A stretch of DNA of 64,000 bases from contig NC_086378.1 of NCBI RefSeq assembly GCF_036588685.1, positions 33,046,001 through 33,110,000 on the forward strand. Reading direction: 5' to 3'. A program made the translations under genes and the position numbers. The notes beneath the pieces were generated by a model that was not told the origin of the DNA, did no database searches, and worked only from the letters and a program-made list of their open reading frames with translations. This stretch comes from Mytilus trossulus (taxonomy: Eukaryota). Shown here in pieces: positions 60,338-64,000 of this stretch (positions are counted from its first letter, which is position 1; every line of letters starts with the position of its first letter).

Positions 60338-60621
60338 GTCTGAAGAAACTCCGTAGGAGGTCACATGCAGGTGACCAAAGTATATGAATATTTAATGATA
60401 TGGTAATTACAGGTTACGACCTTCTTTGACCAATCGAATTGCGTCTTTCAAAACGACCTCGGAAAGTTTAACAAAATTGCAATAGTAGAAAGTGAAAAGT
60501 TTATTGAAATTGTAAAAAGCGTTTGCAATCAGTTTTCTGATGACTGTACAACAGTTACAACAGATATTAAATATTATTAATTATATCAGGGTAAAAAAAA
60601 GTATGTTTGTGTCTGTCTGTA

Positions 60622-61693
60622 TTATAACCGGCGTTTTACGTTTCCGCAAATTGGCATTACTTTTCCGCGAAAAAAAGATGACGTTTCCGGAAAAAAAAGT
60701 TTACGTTTCCGCAAATAAATATTTTACTTTTCCGGAAAAAAAGTAACTATTCCGGAAAAAATAAATTATTGCTTTTCCGCAAATAATTAAGGAATACCTA
60801 TTGATCGAAAGCAAAGCTATAATAAAAAATTTAATATGCATTTAGTTAAAAGTCATCATAACATGTAAGTAAAAAAAAACATTAAAATGTATGAAAACGT
60901 ATGTTCAAAAATATCTTCATATGAGTTCATAAGTCAGTTGGTAAATATTTGTAGCCAACACGTCGTGCAAAGTCTATAGCAGCACATTCACCGTTTACAA
61001 GTTCTTTTTTTTTTGTTCAGGAAGAAGTCCATCTTCTCCTTTTCATACTTCCGAACGAGTGATTTTACAGTTAGACTTCTCATCTTTATGTAAGATGTTG
61101 TCTTCAGTTTCAATAGCACATCGACAAAGATAATATGGTATGATGGCTAGCTTGAAACTGCTCGTTTAGGTAGGCACTAAAAGACTCGACACCATTCGTT
61201 GTTCTCTTTTCCTCGGGGTCAGGGGTGATGCTCAAATGCTTGGTGAAAATCTCAATTGCCATCCAAATGAAATTCCAATATATTATCGGCAGACCTCATG
61301 CATTTATCGTCAGATCATGGAAATAATATATCGCCAATATAACACTACCATGGTCAGATGGAGCATCGGCAATTAATTCAACAAAGCTTTCTTTAACATG
61401 TCAGTTGGCAAGTAAGCCAAACCAAAGATTTCTCAATGAAGTGTAACTCATCCTTACCCGAGTCAACTAGTTATATCTAGTAAATTGTAGCTATACTGAT
61501 ATCAGAACATTTGTTTTATTAAAAATAAAAAATAAATAATTTATCATATATGTACATTCAAATCTTTATAATTTACCAGGTAAATTTGCGGAAAAGTAAT
61601 AAATACAAATTGCGGAAACGTATACTTTAAATTTGCGGAAACGTAGTATTGGGACTTTGAATAATTAGCGGAAATGCAATACGCCCATTATAA
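60622..61693. mobile_element. Unclassified TIR element with arrays of subterminal TTTCCGCAAA/TTTCCGGAAA repeats
   Basis: ttataaccGGCGTtTTaCgTTTCCGC at left matches the reverse complement of GCGGAAAtGcAAtACGCCcattataa at right; ~7 repeats left, ~4 inverted right. Confidence 0.7.
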
Positions 61694-63808
61694 CGTACGT
61701 ATGTGTTATAACATTTGTACAGAAATAATTCCCTATATCATGTATATATTATATAGTTAGTTCGATTACTTTTTATATACTTAATTCGAAATCTGTATAT
61801 ACATAATTGCAATTTGTGTATAGAGGTATATTATTCAATTATGTATTTTCCCGCCTTTTGGTATATGCAGAAATCGTTTCTGTAGTTACAGAATTAAAAA
61901 AAAATAGATATACAGAACTATTTCCGTATGGGTAGACTTCAAATTCCGTATTAACGAAATTATGACGTAACCATTATTTGCATACCGCATACCGCATACG
62001 CAAATACAGAATTTTAATTTAGGTGTATATGTGCAGAATTCGAATTATATTATACGGGGAATTATTTATACAGCTTCTCATCAAACTATTTCCAACAAAT
62101 TCGGTTGGGTCAGAATATGATTTGCTTTATAATATGCAGAGTTTATTCTGTATTTTGGATATTATCTGGCTCCAATATGACCAAATCCGACCCGCCTCTT
62201 AAGGAATCAGGTGGGCGAATCTGCGTCTCATTTAAAAACAACCTTCGACTTTTTAAAACAAATCTTAAATTTGCTTAAAAGTGAGGCAAACTGATGCATT
62301 TTTTAACGCGACATTAGGGGGAATTCTACTGGGCCCGTATTGTGATGCATTTACATACATTTTACTTTTTGCAAGATATTGTTAATAGTAATATTATCTG
62401 TTTTCTTCAATATTCGCATTTTGTAATTGACCTTCAGCACCACATGCTTTTTTTTAGATATTGCCACCAGCTTATTCCAAAATTGAAAACAAATATATAC
62501 AGTAGTGTTATGCACAGTCAGTTTGCCCCAACAATTTTATTGACTTAATTGAATGGTAGACAAACCAAGCGTTAGTCCAGGAGATGGGAAATCATTTGAT
62601 AAAGAAACACGCTGAGCAAGAAAGACACAGTGTCTTAGATTTTTATTAGTTGTTATTGGCTTTGAATTAGCTTTCAGTAACTGCGAGTACTCTCAGATCT
62701 GTACTTTGAGTTTTTATTATTGTGAGGGATGTATAAATATATCCTTCCCCGTCCGGACTGTATTTGTGTTAGATGTTTTTTTTTGCTTTGTATCGATCTG
62801 ATGAGTGAAACCCTTTTAAACGGATTTTTATAGTTTGTTCTTTGTACTGTTACACCACTGTCCCAGGTTTGGGGAGGGTTGGCGCCTCAAACATGTTTAA
62901 CTCTGCAACATTCTTAAGGTGCCTGTCCCAAGTCAGGAGCCTGTAGTTCAGTGGTTGTCGTTGGTTCTTGACTGGCATATTTGTTTTACGTAAATAGTTT
63001 TGCTATAATTCACCCTGTTATCCGCCCCAACTGCATTATAAAAGTGGCATGTTATTTTATAGATTTTAAAATAAGCTCAGGATATAAAACCGGTACCCCT
63101 ACGTATATATTGAGTCTCATCTCTTTGTCTGATCGACCGTTATTGGAAGTGCCGCGTACTGTCTCCGTATTTCATGAATTCATATTCCCGAACAAGGCAT
63201 TCATCAAACCGCATGGTGGTGTCTTGGTAGAAGCTGAAGTTGCTCATCTTTTCGGAGCACCTAGTTCGTCCTATTTGTCATCTTTTAATCTGGGACGTGG
63301 GTTTGTTTGTGTCCCGTGATTTTCCTCGTTTTTTACTGACGCTTTATTTGACGCTATTTTCTGCGACAAAATTAAATAAAACTTAGTTGAGTGACACAAG
63401 GGGAGGGCGGGTAGGGTTATTCAACTCTTGTATATTTATTTATGTAGTTAATAGAGGTGAAATCTCACTCCCTTGATACGAAAAGTGGGAACCGAAGATC
63501 TTGTAAAACAAAAGGTAAATAAAGACACAAAAAACAAAACCGGGGACTTAAACAGCACAGAATGACAATGAACACACAAACGCCGAAAATTAAAGACAAA
63601 TAAAATATCCGGACCCGTTAAAAGAAAAAGGGGGCGAGGATAAGGACTGAGCAGTTTGCAATAAGCATGTGTATCAACTCCAAGGTACTGAGACAAATAT
63701 CCAGCATGAGAAGAAGAATAGGAATATAAACGGACAATCACAAATATTGTCGAGAGCGGAGTTGGTCTCTTTAGAGAAAATTTACCCTTGAAGTTATGAC
63801 AGATGCAT

Positions 63809-63935
63809 TGTCGGAATAATGAGCTGTCAGAATAATGGGATGTTGGAATAATGGGCTGTGGGAATAATGGGATGTCGGAGTAAAGGGCTGTCAGAATAAT
63901 GGGATGTCGGAATAATGATTGTCGGACTAACGAGG
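63809..63935 (+). repeat. 16-bp minisatellite (TGTCGGAATAATGGG[C/A]) x ~8
   Basis: Directly visible tandem units, ending before ggtgtcacc. Confidence 0.85.
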
Positions 63936-64000
63936 TGTCACCTTATTTCTTCCGTTGCTTATACTAGATATTTGTATTTACGGTTGTCCATTCTTTTTGT

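Noticed and set aside
62797-62825. ctgatgagtgaaa as a hammerhead core
   Set aside because: No stem II between the boxes and no convincing stem I or cleavage site.
62981-63741. 112-aa and 97-aa ORFs near the window end
   Set aside because: Non-ATG starts, repeat-derived or low-complexity composition, no recognisable motif or splice pattern.
63809-63935. Regular repeat resembling CRISPR
   Set aside because: Contiguous 16-bp tandem units with no unique spacers.

Overview
AT-rich, repeat-dense eukaryotic DNA. The repeat families suggest a bivalve, probably a Mytilus mussel (inference). Two genes are supported. (1) The 3' part of an intact but very divergent SLC4 bicarbonate-transporter gene on the + strand: 13 exons reconstructed at 1371-22319 (~796 codons, consistent splice phases), with its 5' end upstream of the window. 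(2) A single-exon CYP1-like cytochrome P450 on the - strand (46996-48504). The rest is largely mobile DNA: a decayed DIRS-order retrotransposon (gag, RT, RNase H, methyltransferase-like, tyrosine recombinase; ~30720-35170), Penelope-like RT remnants, a three-piece Academ transposon composite (40662-44587), Kolobok-, Tc1/mariner-, PIF/ISL2EU- and hAT-type MITEs, Helentron-like elements, long hairpin elements and SINE-like repeats. A dispersed repeat carries a type I hammerhead ribozyme (retrozyme-like), plus what looks like a degenerate second hammerhead of opposite polarity. An old segmental duplication (~24.9-45.3 kb vs ~49.7-54.9 kb) brackets the P450. It exposes filled/empty transposon sites and contains a ~270-bp island far more conserved than its flanks. 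All assignments come from reading the sequence by eye; no searches were run.
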